DNA of 64,000 nucleotides. It comes from Vulcanimicrobiota bacterium (GTDB taxonomy: Bacteria; Vulcanimicrobiota; Vulcanimicrobiia; Vulcanimicrobiales; Vulcanimicrobiaceae). A program made the position numbers and the translations under genes. The notes below the pieces were generated by a model. It was given only the letters and a program-made list of their open reading frames with translations. It did no database searches and had not been told where the DNA came from. The DNA lies in NCBI GenBank assembly GCA_963695225.1, contig OY968762.1, positions 2,848,001 through 2,912,000 of the forward strand, read 5' to 3'. Each line of letters starts with the position of its first letter. The first letter of the stretch is position 1. This document shows positions 39,336 to 48,632 of the stretch, one piece after another.

Positions 39336-39866
39336 ATGCTCGCACGCGGAATCGTCTTGGGAATCGTTCTCTCGCTCGTCCTTGCGGGCGTCGCCGGCGC
39401 CGTCGCCGTCGTGACCGGGCTGATCCCCGCGAACGCCGACGCCACGCCGCCCGCGTGGGAGAAGCTGATCGCCCGAACCTCGCTGAAGGCGGCGATTCTC
39501 CGCGAGACCTCCCGAACGGCGCCGAACCCCATCCCCGTGACGGACGAAAACCTCGACGCCGGGATCAAGCTCTACGGAACGCATTGCGCCGTCTGCCATG
39601 GCGCCGCCGACGGCAAGGCCTCGGCGATCGCGCAAGGCCTCTACCAGCACGCGCCGCAGCTGGCAAAGCACGGCGTCGAAAACGATCCGCCGGCGGTCGT
39701 CTACTGGAAGATCTCCCACGGCATCCGGCTCACCGGGATGCCCGCGTTCGTGCAGTCCCTCACCGAAAACCAGCTCTGGCAGGTCACGCTCTTCCTGCAG
39801 CAGATGGATAACCTGCCGCCGGAACCCAAGCAGCGCTGGGAAGCCATGCCGAGCGCGGCCGGCTGA
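39336..39866 (+). CDS. Monoheme cytochrome c
   Basis: CAVCHG heme motif, GIRLTGMPAF distal Met, N-terminal TM/signal. Confidence 0.9.
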   Translation: MLARGIVLGIVLSLVLAGVAGAVAVVTGLIPANADATPPAWEKLIARTSLKAAILRETSRTAPNPIPVTDENLDAGIKLYGTHCAVCHGAADGKASAIAQGLYQHAPQLAKHGVENDPPAVVYWKISHGIRLTGMPAFVQSLTENQLWQVTLFLQQMDNLPPEPKQRWEAMPSAAG

Positions 39867-39869
39867 TAG

Positions 39870-40979
39870 CTACACGCTGAGCGCGGCTAGGTCGTTTTCC
39901 AGGGCGCAGGGCTTCGGCTCGTGCGCGGTGCGGTCCAGCGCGCAGAATTCCGATCGCCATAGCCCGCATGGGATGCCGGATTTTCCGGCGCACACGCGCT
40001 GGTCGGCACCGTGCGGGCGGCTGCGCGCCCAGCGCGCGAAATCGGCGAGGCCTTCCTCGAGCGAGACGCGCGGCTTCCAGGCCCAGCGCTCCGCCGCGCG
40101 CGCGATGTTCGCGAACGTCACGTTCATCTCGCCGGGCGGGCGCGGCACGAAGCGCAGCCGCGGCACCACGCCGAGCGCCTTCCCCAGCTTCTCGACGAGT
40201 TCCAGCACGGTCACGGGCGACGAGTTGCCGAGGTTCACGATGCGGAAGCCCGCGCGTTCCTTCGCCGCCGCCGCTATCCCGCGCACGATGTCGCTCACGT
40301 GCGTGAAATCCCGCGCCATCGAACCGTCGCCGAAGATCGTGATCTCCTTGCGGTGCAGCATCGACATCGCGAACTTGCGGATCGCGAGATCCGGGCGCTG
40401 GCGCGGGCCGTAGACGGTGAACAGCCGCACGATCGTGATCGGCGCCGCGAACGTATCGTGCGCCACGGAACAGAGCAGCTCGCAGGCGCGCTTCGTCGCG
40501 GCGTACGGGCTCGGCGGCGAAATGCACGCGGCGCCTTCATCGAATGGGACGGGCGTATCGTTCCCGTAGGCGGAGCTCGTCCCCGCGAAGACGATCGGCA
40601 CCGCGTCCTCGCGCGAGAACGTATCGAGGATGTTCTGCGTCGCGACGATGTTCGAACGGACGTAGCGGGCCGGCTCGTCGATCGAACGGCGCACGCCGGG
40701 CATCCCCGCCAGGTGGATGATCACGTCCGGCCGCGTCCGCGCCGCGAGATCCCGCACGGCGTCCACGTCGGCCAGGTCGATCACCTGCAGTTCGAAGTTC
40801 TCGTGGTGCAGCGCCGTCTCGATGTTCTCCACCTTCAGGCGCGGGTCGTAGTAGTCGTCGAACGAGTCGATGCCGTGCACCTGGAAGCCCTCGGCCAGCA
40901 AGTGCTCGACCACGTGCGAACCGATGAAACCCGCGCAACCGGTAACGAGCGCTTTCGGAGGAGGGGCGGCCAAACTCAT
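39870..40979 (-). CDS. NAD-dependent nucleotide-sugar epimerase (UDP-glucuronate 4-epimerase-like) with Cys-rich tail
   Basis: GCAGFIG, HLAGMPGVRRS, YAATK and FTVYGPRQRPDLA motifs. Confidence 0.88.
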   Translation of the reverse strand: MSLAAPPPKALVTGCAGFIGSHVVEHLLAEGFQVHGIDSFDDYYDPRLKVENIETALHHENFELQVIDLADVDAVRDLAARTRPDVIIHLAGMPGVRRSIDEPARYVRSNIVATQNILDTFSREDAVPIVFAGTSSAYGNDTPVPFDEGAACISPPSPYAATKRACELLCSVAHDTFAAPITIVRLFTVYGPRQRPDLAIRKFAMSMLHRKEITIFGDGSMARDFTHVSDIVRGIAAAAKERAGFRIVNLGNSSPVTVLELVEKLGKALGVVPRLRFVPRPPGEMNVTFANIARAAERWAWKPRVSLEEGLADFARWARSRPHGADQRVCAGKSGIPCGLWRSEFCALDRTAHEPKPCALENDLAALSV

Positions 40980-42094
40980 GTGCCGTTCCTCCTAGCCCGG
41001 CCGGGGGAAACCTGCCCCGCGAGCGCGTGCCGCAGGATATCTCCCGAATAGAAGGCGCTCGGCAGGACTTCGCACTCGGCCCAGCAGCCGGAGCAGTTGC
41101 GCACCCAAGTGCGCCATTTCCCGGCCGGCTCCCCGTACCACACGTCGTCGAAGGATTGCTCGCGCAGATTCCCCAGGCGGTTGCTGTTGAATTGGCAGAC
41201 GGGCACGTCGCCGTTGGGGAAGATCCGCAGGTGCGCGTGCAGCGCGACGCACGCGGGGTTCGGGTCCGGGCCGCCGCCCAGCAGGCGGTTGCGGATGCCG
41301 TCGAGATAGTAGCGCTTCGCCGCGCGATCGGCGAACGAGTACGTCGCGAGATCGGCCTCGATCGCCGCGAACAGGCGCTCGAGATCTTCGCGCGAGAGGT
41401 TGCCGAAGGTTTCGAAGTGGCCGGGGTACGCCGGGGCCACGTTCGTTTCGTGCGTGCGGGAGTAGGTTGCGCTTTCCTTGTACGCCACGACGACTTGATT
41501 CTGGATGCCGAGCGGCGCCAGCAGCGCGTGGAGCTCGCCGTATTGGGCGGCGCCTTCGGCGTCGAGGATCGTCTGGTTGACGGCGAGGTTCAGGCGCAGC
41601 TCCTTGCGGCGCGGCGCCAGGGCTTCCAGCGTGCGCATCGCGGTGCGGAAGGCGCCTTTGTGGCCGCGGATCTCGTCGTGCTTATCGCCGACGCCGTCGA
41701 TGGAGACGAGCAGGTTCAGCGGGACGTCCTTCGGCCGGCGCTCGCAGAAATCGACGATGCGATCCGTCAGGAAGCCGTTCGTGGTGACGTGCAGCAGCGC
41801 GGGCGTGAGCTTTTCGATCGCGACCCGCGCGATATCGGTGAGGTCCCGGCGGACGAACGGCTCGCCCCCGGTCAGCCGCACGATATCCAGCTGGGGAAGC
41901 TGGTCGAAGATGCGCTCGACCTCCGCGAGCGTGAGGTCGCCCTCGGAGCCCTTCCGCCAGGAATCGCACATCGCACAGCGCGCGTTGCACGTGAACGAGA
42001 CGGTGTACGTGAGCATCCGCGGCAGGCAGGCCTGCTCGCGGTTGCGCTTCCGAATGGCGTCGGCGTAGGCCGCCACGCGTGCGAGCGGCTTCAC
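40976..42094 (-). CDS. Radical SAM protein with SPASM/twitch domain
   Basis: CNARCAMC, TGGEP, C-terminal CVAL...GDVPVC...CSGCWAEC; GTG start at 42094 overlaps the upstream stop. Confidence 0.9.
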   Translation of the reverse strand: MKPLARVAAYADAIRKRNREQACLPRMLTYTVSFTCNARCAMCDSWRKGSEGDLTLAEVERIFDQLPQLDIVRLTGGEPFVRRDLTDIARVAIEKLTPALLHVTTNGFLTDRIVDFCERRPKDVPLNLLVSIDGVGDKHDEIRGHKGAFRTAMRTLEALAPRRKELRLNLAVNQTILDAEGAAQYGELHALLAPLGIQNQVVVAYKESATYSRTHETNVAPAYPGHFETFGNLSREDLERLFAAIEADLATYSFADRAAKRYYLDGIRNRLLGGGPDPNPACVALHAHLRIFPNGDVPVCQFNSNRLGNLREQSFDDVWYGEPAGKWRTWVRNCSGCWAECEVLPSAFYSGDILRHALAGQVSPGRARRNGT

Positions 42095-43332
42095 GAGGAG
42101 AACCGGTCGGAGCCGATTTCGCGAATGCTCCCGCGGACCGGAGGCCGCAGCGGAATGACGGATGCGCCGGGAGCCGCGGGGGTTGCGGAGGCAGCCGGCG
42201 CGGAGGCGGCCGGCATGGAAGCGGCGGGCGCGGAGGCGGCCGGCGTGGAGGCGGCCGGCGTGGAGGCGGCGGGCAGGTAGCGGCGCAGTTCCGCGAGCGC
42301 GGCGGCGTTGCCGTTGAGGCGCTCGGGGATGATGCGGACGCGATAGTGTTCCACGCGTGAAAGGAACTTGCGCAAGATCGCGGGGGTGACGCGCTCGAAA
42401 TCGGCCCACTCGCCGGTTCCTTCGCGGGCGAGGAGGTGCCCGTGCAGCAACTGCTCGGAGTTGTTCGGCTCGGGCATTGCGAGGATCGGCTTGCGCAGGT
42501 AGAGCGCTTCGCCCAGGAGCTGGTTCCCGGCCGTGGTGACGAGAGCGTGCGACGTGATGAGATCGTCCACGAAGCGCCGCTCGTCGATCGCGAAGAAGTG
42601 GACGTTCCCGATGCTCGGCCGCTCGCCGAGGCCGTAGAACCGCACCTCGCGGCCGCTCGATTGCAGCACTTCGATCAGGCGCTCGGAACCGAACTTTCGC
42701 ACGTAGGCGACGAGATGCTCGCCGTGCTCGGGGACGGCCTCGAGGATCTGCGGCCGCAGCATCGGGCCCACTTCCACCACGCGCCCCACGCCCGGGCGCA
42801 AGCCGGGGAAGCAGAAGGAGGAGACGATCGTCGAGACCTGCCCCTTGTAGTAGAGGCCGACGACCGCTCCCATCATCGCGGCCCGCGCCTGCAAGAGCTT
42901 CGGCAGCCCCCGGAAATCGCTGACGACGAGGAAATGCTGGTGGTCGAGGCTCACGAACGGGACGCCGCGGCTGACGGCCGCGCGCGCGAGCGACATCTCG
43001 AAATCCGTGACGATGAGGTCCGGGCGCTCCTCGTCGATCGCCCGTTCGAGGCGGTCGATCAGCGCCGGCAGCGTCGCGAGATAAGAAAACGCGCCGAGCG
43101 CCGTGCGGACGGTCGAAACCGAGCGCTTCGCCGTGTACTCGAAGCGCGCGCCGGGGATGCGTTCCACCCGCACGCCGGGCGTGTTCGCGTAGAGCGGCGC
43201 GAGCATGTCGTGCGCGTCGTCCGGGGCGAAGATGACGAACTGGTGCTCGGAGCGCAGCTGCTCGACGATCGCGCGGACCCGCGTCGCGTGCCCGCGCCCT
43301 TCCCCGGCCACGCTGTAGAAGATCTTAGCCAT
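42091..43332 (-). CDS. MJ1255/VC2487-like glycosyltransferase (GT-B, GT28-related)
   Basis: MAKIFYSVAGEGRGHATR, TDFE, SLDHQH and TTAGNQLLGEALYLRKP motifs. Confidence 0.85.
   Translation of the reverse strand: MAKIFYSVAGEGRGHATRVRAIVEQLRSEHQFVIFAPDDAHDMLAPLYANTPGVRVERIPGARFEYTAKRSVSTVRTALGAFSYLATLPALIDRLERAIDEERPDLIVTDFEMSLARAAVSRGVPFVSLDHQHFLVVSDFRGLPKLLQARAAMMGAVVGLYYKGQVSTIVSSFCFPGLRPGVGRVVEVGPMLRPQILEAVPEHGEHLVAYVRKFGSERLIEVLQSSGREVRFYGLGERPSIGNVHFFAIDERRFVDDLITSHALVTTAGNQLLGEALYLRKPILAMPEPNNSEQLLHGHLLAREGTGEWADFERVTPAILRKFLSRVEHYRVRIIPERLNGNAAALAELRRYLPAASTPAASTPAASAPAASMPAASAPAASATPAAPGASVIPLRPPVRGSIREIGSDRFSS
42187..42276. repeat. 15-bp in-frame tandem repeat encoding (PAAS[T/A/M])x6
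   Basis: ggaggcggccggcg(t/c)-type units; the GT tail reads PAASTPAASTPAASAPAASMPAASAPAASA. Confidence 0.9.
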
Positions 43333-43494
43333 GGCCCCTAGGCGCGCACGCGAAAGCCCAGGCGTCGCCGCCTAGGCCTGGACTCGAGAGAAGAACATCC
43401 CACCAAGCCCCAGGTTCCAGCCCTGGGCCCTCTCTCCTCGGGCACGCCCGCCTCGGCAGGCTCACGATTCGACGGTCAGGGCGACGTGGCGGCG

Positions 43495-44058
43495 CTACCA
43501 AAGAGCCGTTGTATCGAGGGCGAAGCCCGGGAGCTCCGGGTCAAGGGCGATGGCTTCGACCGCGGCCGAATGCTCGGGAGCCCGGCCGGGCCGGTAGACT
43601 TCGACGAAGCGCCCGTACGGGTCGATCAGGACGGCGAGCTTCGCGCCGTTGTCGAGGTAGTCGCGCATCTTCGCGCGGGTGTCGACGAGATCGTCCGTCC
43701 TCGAGCGAATCTCGAAGACCGCGTCCGGGCACAGCGGGGCGAAGCCTTCCCGCTCCTCGCCGGTCAGGCTCTCCCAGCGTTCGCGCCTCACCCAGGACGC
43801 ATCGGGCGCGAGCACGGATCCGTCGCCCAGCCGAAAGCCCGCCGAGCTGTCGAAGACTATGCCTGGTTCACCCGCGCGGGTCCATTCGCGCAGCTGCCCG
43901 GCCACCTCGGCTCCGCGCCGCCCGCTCTCACTCCCGGAAGGCGTCACGATCAAGCACCCCTCTCGCCGGCGCTCGAATCGATAGCCGGGGTTCAGGCGCG
44001 AGAGTTCCATCAACTCGCCGTCGCTGACCGGCTTCGCCTGCCTGATGGATACGGCCAC
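43495..44058 (-). CDS. Uma2 (DUF820) family PD-(D/E)XK endonuclease
   Basis: FDSSAGFRL...LAPDASWV, PLCPDAVFEIRS and KMRDYLDNG motifs; GTG start after GGAGG. Confidence 0.9.
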   Translation of the reverse strand: MAVSIRQAKPVSDGELMELSRLNPGYRFERRREGCLIVTPSGSESGRRGAEVAGQLREWTRAGEPGIVFDSSAGFRLGDGSVLAPDASWVRRERWESLTGEEREGFAPLCPDAVFEIRSRTDDLVDTRAKMRDYLDNGAKLAVLIDPYGRFVEVYRPGRAPEHSAAVEAIALDPELPGFALDTTALW

Positions 44059-44138
44059 GGGCGGATCCTCCAGACTGAATTGTACTCCATGAAAGCGAGC
44101 GCGCTCTCCCGACCATCGCGCGCCGGGGAGTGGGGACT

Positions 44139-46178
44139 TCAGCTTTTCGCGGACGTGTGCGGCTCCGGGGCGGCGTTTCCGTTGTGGTGCGGCTCGCCGA
44201 GGTGGGCGAGCGCTTCCTTCGAGCTTGCGAAGAGTGCGGGTTCCGTGTTGTGATGCAGCAGACCGCTGGCGAGCTGGCTGCGCATGAAGGCGCTGCCGGT
44301 GTAGCGCGTCACCTCGGTGTAGTAGCGCGAGACGAGTCCGTGCACCATCTCGAGATACTCGTCGAGCAGTTCCGGCGCGATCTCGAAGTTGTCGTAATTG
44401 ACGACGCCGCGCACCTTGCGGCCGAGCGGCTCGAGCCGCGCCGAGATCTGGCGGCGCATATCTTCGATGTCGGCCCGCGTGCGCACGTCGAGCCCCTCGA
44501 AGTTGAGGAAGAGCACGTTTTCGCCGGCATCGAACGAGAGGCGCTCGTTGAACGGGATCCAGAGGATGTCGGGGCGCAGATCCATCGGCTCGTCGCGGAA
44601 GATGCGCTCGTCCATCCGGCGCAGATCGGGGCTGATCTGCGGCGTGAAGCCCATGTGCGCGAGGATGTCGGTTTCGAGATCGACGCCCGGCGCTATCTCG
44701 ATCAGTTCGATGCCGGCTTCGACGAGCCGGAAGACGCAACGTTCCGTCACGTAGAGCGCGGGCTGCGCGCGGCGCATCGCATAGGATCCCGAGAACGTGC
44801 GCTGTTCGACTTCGTCGACGAACTTTTGCTGCGAGCCTTCGCGCAGGATGTGCAGCTTGCCGTTGCGGACTTCGGTCTGCAAGCCGCCCGCCGTGAACGT
44901 GCCGGCGAATACGACTTTCTTCGCGTTCTGGCTGATGTTGATGAATCCGCCGGCGCCGGCCAAGCGGTCTCCGAAGCGGCTGACGTTCAGGTTCCCGTAG
45001 CGGTCCGCTTGGGCCAGGCCGAGGACGGCGAGATCGAGCCCGCCGCCGTCGTAGAAATCGAATTGCGCGGGCATGTCGAGGATCGCTTCGGGATTCGTCG
45101 CGGCGCCGAAACTCAAGCCCCCTGCGGGGACGCCGCCGATCGTTCCGGGCTCGGTCGTCAGCGTGACCAAATCGAAGACGTTCTCCTCGGCGGCGACGCT
45201 CGCGACGCCTTCGGGCATTCCGATGCCCAGATTGATGACGGAGTTCGCATGCAGCTCGAGCGCCGCGCGCCGGGCGATGATCTTCCGTTCGCTCATCGGC
45301 ATCGGCGGGATCGAAGAAACCGGGACGCGGATCTGGCCCGAGAACGCCGGATTGTACGGCTCGCCGAACGTCTGCACGTGATGTTCCGGAACGTCGGCCG
45401 TGGCGACGCAATCGACGACGACGCCGGGGATCACGACTTTGCGCACGTCGAGCGATCCGCGCTCCGCGACGCGCTCGACCTGCACGATGACGATGCCGCC
45501 GCAATTGTGCGCCGCCGTCGCCATCGCGAGCGCATCGAGCGTGAGCGCTTCCTTTTCCATCGTGACGTAGCCGTCGCCGTCGGCGCTCGTGCCGCGCAGG
45601 AGCGCGACGTCGATGTGAAACGCCTTGTAGAAGAGGTACTCTCGCCCGCCGATTTCCATGACTTCGACGAGATCCTCGTGCGTGACGGCGTTGATCTTGC
45701 CCCCGCCGTGCCGCGGATCGACGAACGTGCCGAGCCCGACGCTCGTCAGTTGGCCGGGCTTGTGCGCCGCCGTGTCGCGGAACATCTGGCTGATGACGCC
45801 CTGCGGCAGATTGTACGCTTCGATCTTGTTTTCGATCGCGAGCTTCTGCAATTTCGGCGTCATGCCCCAATGCCCGCCGATCACGCGCTTGACGAGGCCT
45901 TCCAGCGCCAACTCGTTGAGGCCGCGATCCTTCATATCGCCTTGGCCTGCGGCGTAGAGCAGCGTCAGGTTGCGCGGCGAACCGGTTTCGAGAAATCGCC
46001 GCTTCAGCGCGAGCGCGATGCTTTCGGCAAACCCGATGCCGATGAAGCCGCCGACCGCAACGGTATCGCCGTCCGAGATCAGGCGAACGGCTTCGTCGGG
46101 GGTAACGATCTTGTTGCGGCTCGAGGGTAGCACCGGGTCCTCCAGGGTCTCTACATACGGTATCGGTATAGGACGCAA
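44139..46178 (-). CDS. Acyl-CoA:acetate/propionate CoA-transferase (YdiF/Pct-like) with extra C-terminal domain
   Basis: [39 protein letters not shown] and YVTER motifs. Start is uncertain, possibly near 46130. Confidence 0.9.
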   Translation of the reverse strand: MRPIPIPYVETLEDPVLPSSRNKIVTPDEAVRLISDGDTVAVGGFIGIGFAESIALALKRRFLETGSPRNLTLLYAAGQGDMKDRGLNELALEGLVKRVIGGHWGMTPKLQKLAIENKIEAYNLPQGVISQMFRDTAAHKPGQLTSVGLGTFVDPRHGGGKINAVTHEDLVEVMEIGGREYLFYKAFHIDVALLRGTSADGDGYVTMEKEALTLDALAMATAAHNCGGIVIVQVERVAERGSLDVRKVVIPGVVVDCVATADVPEHHVQTFGEPYNPAFSGQIRVPVSSIPPMPMSERKIIARRAALELHANSVINLGIGMPEGVASVAAEENVFDLVTLTTEPGTIGGVPAGGLSFGAATNPEAILDMPAQFDFYDGGGLDLAVLGLAQADRYGNLNVSRFGDRLAGAGGFINISQNAKKVVFAGTFTAGGLQTEVRNGKLHILREGSQQKFVDEVEQRTFSGSYAMRRAQPALYVTERCVFRLVEAGIELIEIAPGVDLETDILAHMGFTPQISPDLRRMDERIFRDEPMDLRPDILWIPFNERLSFDAGENVLFLNFEGLDVRTRADIEDMRRQISARLEPLGRKVRGVVNYDNFEIAPELLDEYLEMVHGLVSRYYTEVTRYTGSAFMRSQLASGLLHHNTEPALFASSKEALAHLGEPHHNGNAAPEPHTSAKS

Positions 46179-46264
46179 AGAATCGGATTGCCATTCCGCC
46201 TCAGGGAATCACCCGCCTCGAAGATTGCCCGGAGTCGTCGCCGCTGCGTTCCTCTAGCCAAGAT

Positions 46265-46282
46265 GTGCTATCATGCTAGCAC
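46265..46282 (+). promoter_or_regulatory. Palindromic operator overlapping the extended -10 of the RHH-doc operon
   Basis: GTGCTA-N6-TAGCAC containing TGcTATCAT, immediately before ATG 46284. Confidence 0.7.
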
Positions 46283-46283
46283 T

Positions 46284-46502
46284 ATGGCAAGCAAGCAGAT
46301 CGCCGTGCGAGTCGACGAAGCCCTAGCGGAGCAGTTGAGGCTGCGAGCCACGATCGAGCGGAGGTCGGTCAACGAGATCATCAACGCGGCGATCCGAGAG
46401 TACGCGACGTCGCACCCCGTCTCTCGGGACGACATGCTTGCGCTCGTGCGCGCCATCGCCAGGGAGGATGCTTCGCTTCTCCAAGCGCTCGCCGACGCGT
46501 AG
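46284..46502 (+). CDS. Ribbon-helix-helix antitoxin-like protein
   Basis: MASKQIAVRVDEALAEQLRLRATIERRSVNEIINAAIREY; adjacent to the Doc-like gene. Confidence 0.8.
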   Translation: MASKQIAVRVDEALAEQLRLRATIERRSVNEIINAAIREYATSHPVSRDDMLALVRAIAREDASLLQALADA

Positions 46503-46838
46503 TGCAGTATCTCACCGAAGGAGATGTCCTAGCGTTCTACGCCGAGGTCATTGGGGAGCCGGTCTTGAGGTATCCCGATGGTCTCGCGTCGGCGCTTGCG
46601 CGGCCGCAGCAAACCATCCTTGGCGAAGATGCATATCCGACGTTGGCCCTCAAGGCCGCCGCATTGATGCAGTCGTTGGCGGAGAATCAGCCTTTCCTCG
46701 ATGGGAACCCATGGCTCTACGATGCGCGCGAACGATGCAGAAGGTCTCGATCTGTTCATCAATCGGATTGCGAAGGGCATGAGCGTAGAAGCGCTCGCGC
46801 AGTGGATCGAGCGGCATTCCACAGACGCACCTCGATGA
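46502..46838 (+). pseudogene. Doc/Fic-family toxin, internally deleted and frameshifted
   Basis: LASALARPQQ...YPTLALKAAALMQSLAENQPFLDGN, then KRT is missing. The Doc-like C-terminus (GSTMRANDAEGLDLFINRIAKGMSVEALAQWIERH) continues in another frame to TGA 46838. Confidence 0.82.
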
Positions 46839-46953
46839 AATCGACGGCCTCGGGGAATCGCGGGCCTCGCTCCTGAAAGGCTAGCGGGCGCTCGATTTTG
46901 CGGGATGGTGGGATGGGTGCTCGACTCGCCTCGGAGGCGCTTTGCTAACGGAG

Positions 46954-47751
46954 ATGCGTCCAACGACGAAACCGGCCCAGCGCCTCGATGAAGCGGTCGC
47001 CGCCCGGGCGGGCGTCAGCCGCTCGCGCGCGCGGAGCCTCATCCTGGCCGGGCGCGTCAGCCTGGGCGGGCAGGCCCTGACGAAGCCCGGCGCGGGCGTC
47101 GCGCCGGATGCGCCGCTCGAGATCGAGCGGCCGAAGCCGTTCGTCAGCCGCGGTGGCGAGAAGCTCGAAGGCGCTCTGGCGGCATTTTCGCTGGACGTGG
47201 CCGGCGCGCGGGCGCTCGACGTGGGGGCCTCCACCGGCGGGTTCACGGATTGCCTGCTCGCGCACGGCGCGGCGCACGTCGTCGCGCTCGACGTCGGCTA
47301 CGGGCAGATCGCCTGGCCGCTCCGCACGGACCCGCGCGTCACCGTCGTCGAGCGCTGCAATTTCCGCCTCCTCCCCGACGATGCATACGCGCCGGAGTTC
47401 GACATCGTGACGATCGACGCGTCGTTCATCTCGGTCGTGACGCTGATCGCGCGCGCTCGCGCGTTCCTTGCGCCGGGCGGCTCGATCGTCGCGCTCGTGA
47501 AGCCGCAGTTCGAAGCGGGGCGGCGGCGGCTCGGCAGCGGCGGCGTCGTGCGCGATCCGGCCGTGCACCGCGCGATCCTCTCCGAGGTGACGCGCGCGGT
47601 CGCGGAACTCGGCCTCGCGCCGCGCGCGCTGGCGCGCTCGCCGCTCGTCGGCCCGGCCGGGAACGCCGAGTTTTTTCTCCTCGCGCAAGCAAGCGGAACG
47701 CCGCTCGGCGAAACGCAGATCGACGCACTCTTTGCCGGCGGTGCCGCATGA
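46954..47751 (+). CDS. tlyA: TlyA family rRNA 2'-O-methyltransferase
   Basis: S4 domain, VSRGGEKL, LDVGASTGGFTD, VKPQFE and GNAEF motifs. Confidence 0.95.
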   Translation: MRPTTKPAQRLDEAVAARAGVSRSRARSLILAGRVSLGGQALTKPGAGVAPDAPLEIERPKPFVSRGGEKLEGALAAFSLDVAGARALDVGASTGGFTDCLLAHGAAHVVALDVGYGQIAWPLRTDPRVTVVERCNFRLLPDDAYAPEFDIVTIDASFISVVTLIARARAFLAPGGSIVALVKPQFEAGRRRLGSGGVVRDPAVHRAILSEVTRAVAELGLAPRALARSPLVGPAGNAEFFLLAQASGTPLGETQIDALFAGGAA

Positions 47752-48632
47752 TGATCGTCCAGCCCAAGACGGGGACCGTCGCGCTCTTCGTCGATCTCGA
47801 GCGCGACCACGCGCGCGCGACCGCGACCGAGACGGCCTTCGAACTCCGCAAGCTCGGGTTCGGCGTCGCGCTCTGCGAGGATCAGGATCGCATCCTCGGC
47901 CTCACGACGCCCGGCGCGCGCGTGGAGGACGCCGTCCTGATGGTGACGATCGGCGGCGACGGCACGCTGCTGCGCGCGGCGAAGATCGCGTTGCAGCACG
48001 GGATCCCGGTCTGCGGCGTGAACACCGGCCGGCTCGGCTTCCTCACGGAGATCGAAGGCGGGAAGCTCGACGCTTTGATCGCGATGCTCCGCGACGGCTT
48101 CGTGATCGACGAACGGACCGCGCTCGAGGCGCGCCACGCCGGCCGCACGCATCTCGCGCTGAACGAAGTCGTCGTGCGGCGCAGCGGCTCGGCCCGGCTC
48201 ACGCCGTTCGGGATCTTCGTCGACGGGCAAGAGGCCGCGCACGTTCCGGCGGACGGCATCCTGATCTCGACCCCGACGGGCTCCACGGGCTACGCGCTCT
48301 CGGCGGGCGGGCCGATCATGACGCCGGATCTCGCGGCGATCGGCGTCGTCGCGCTCCTGCCGCACACGCTCTTCTCCCGCCCGCTCGTCGTGCCGAACAC
48401 GTCGACGATCGAGATCACGTGCGACGGCGAGAGCACGCACGCAACGCTGGAAGCCGACGGCCGCATCATCGAAGAGCTTTCGGGTGGCGCGCGGATCACC
48501 GTCTCGCGCTACGAACGCTCCGTCCGCTTCGCGCGCCGGGTCCCGCTCGCGTTCTTCAACTTGCTCGAAAACAAACTGCGCTGGAACGCGCCGATCAAGG
48601 ACCGCTCCCCGCAGGAGGCTGCCGAGGAGTGA
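47748..48632 (+). CDS. nadK: NAD(+) kinase
   Basis: GGDGTLL, NTGRLGFL, ALNE and STPTGSTGYALSAGGP motifs. Confidence 0.95.
   Translation: MMIVQPKTGTVALFVDLERDHARATATETAFELRKLGFGVALCEDQDRILGLTTPGARVEDAVLMVTIGGDGTLLRAAKIALQHGIPVCGVNTGRLGFLTEIEGGKLDALIAMLRDGFVIDERTALEARHAGRTHLALNEVVVRRSGSARLTPFGIFVDGQEAAHVPADGILISTPTGSTGYALSAGGPIMTPDLAAIGVVALLPHTLFSRPLVVPNTSTIEITCDGESTHATLEADGRIIEELSGGARITVSRYERSVRFARRVPLAFFNLLENKLRWNAPIKDRSPQEAAEE

Noticed and set aside
43335..43490. Structured leader RNA upstream of the GT-radical SAM operon
   Set aside because: Several short GC-rich stems are possible, but nothing is distinguishable from chance without covariation data.
43495..46194. 899-aa ORF suggesting a Uma2 fusion
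   Set aside because: The N-terminal ~710 aa is an off-frame shadow of the CoA-transferase. Uma2 has its own GGAGG RBS and GTG at 44058.
47732..48628. Long N-terminal extensions of RecN (and similarly NadK, RimP, the nitrilase and Ugd) in the ORF track
   Set aside because: GC-rich open-frame artefacts overlapping real upstream genes; true starts were assigned from domain boundaries.
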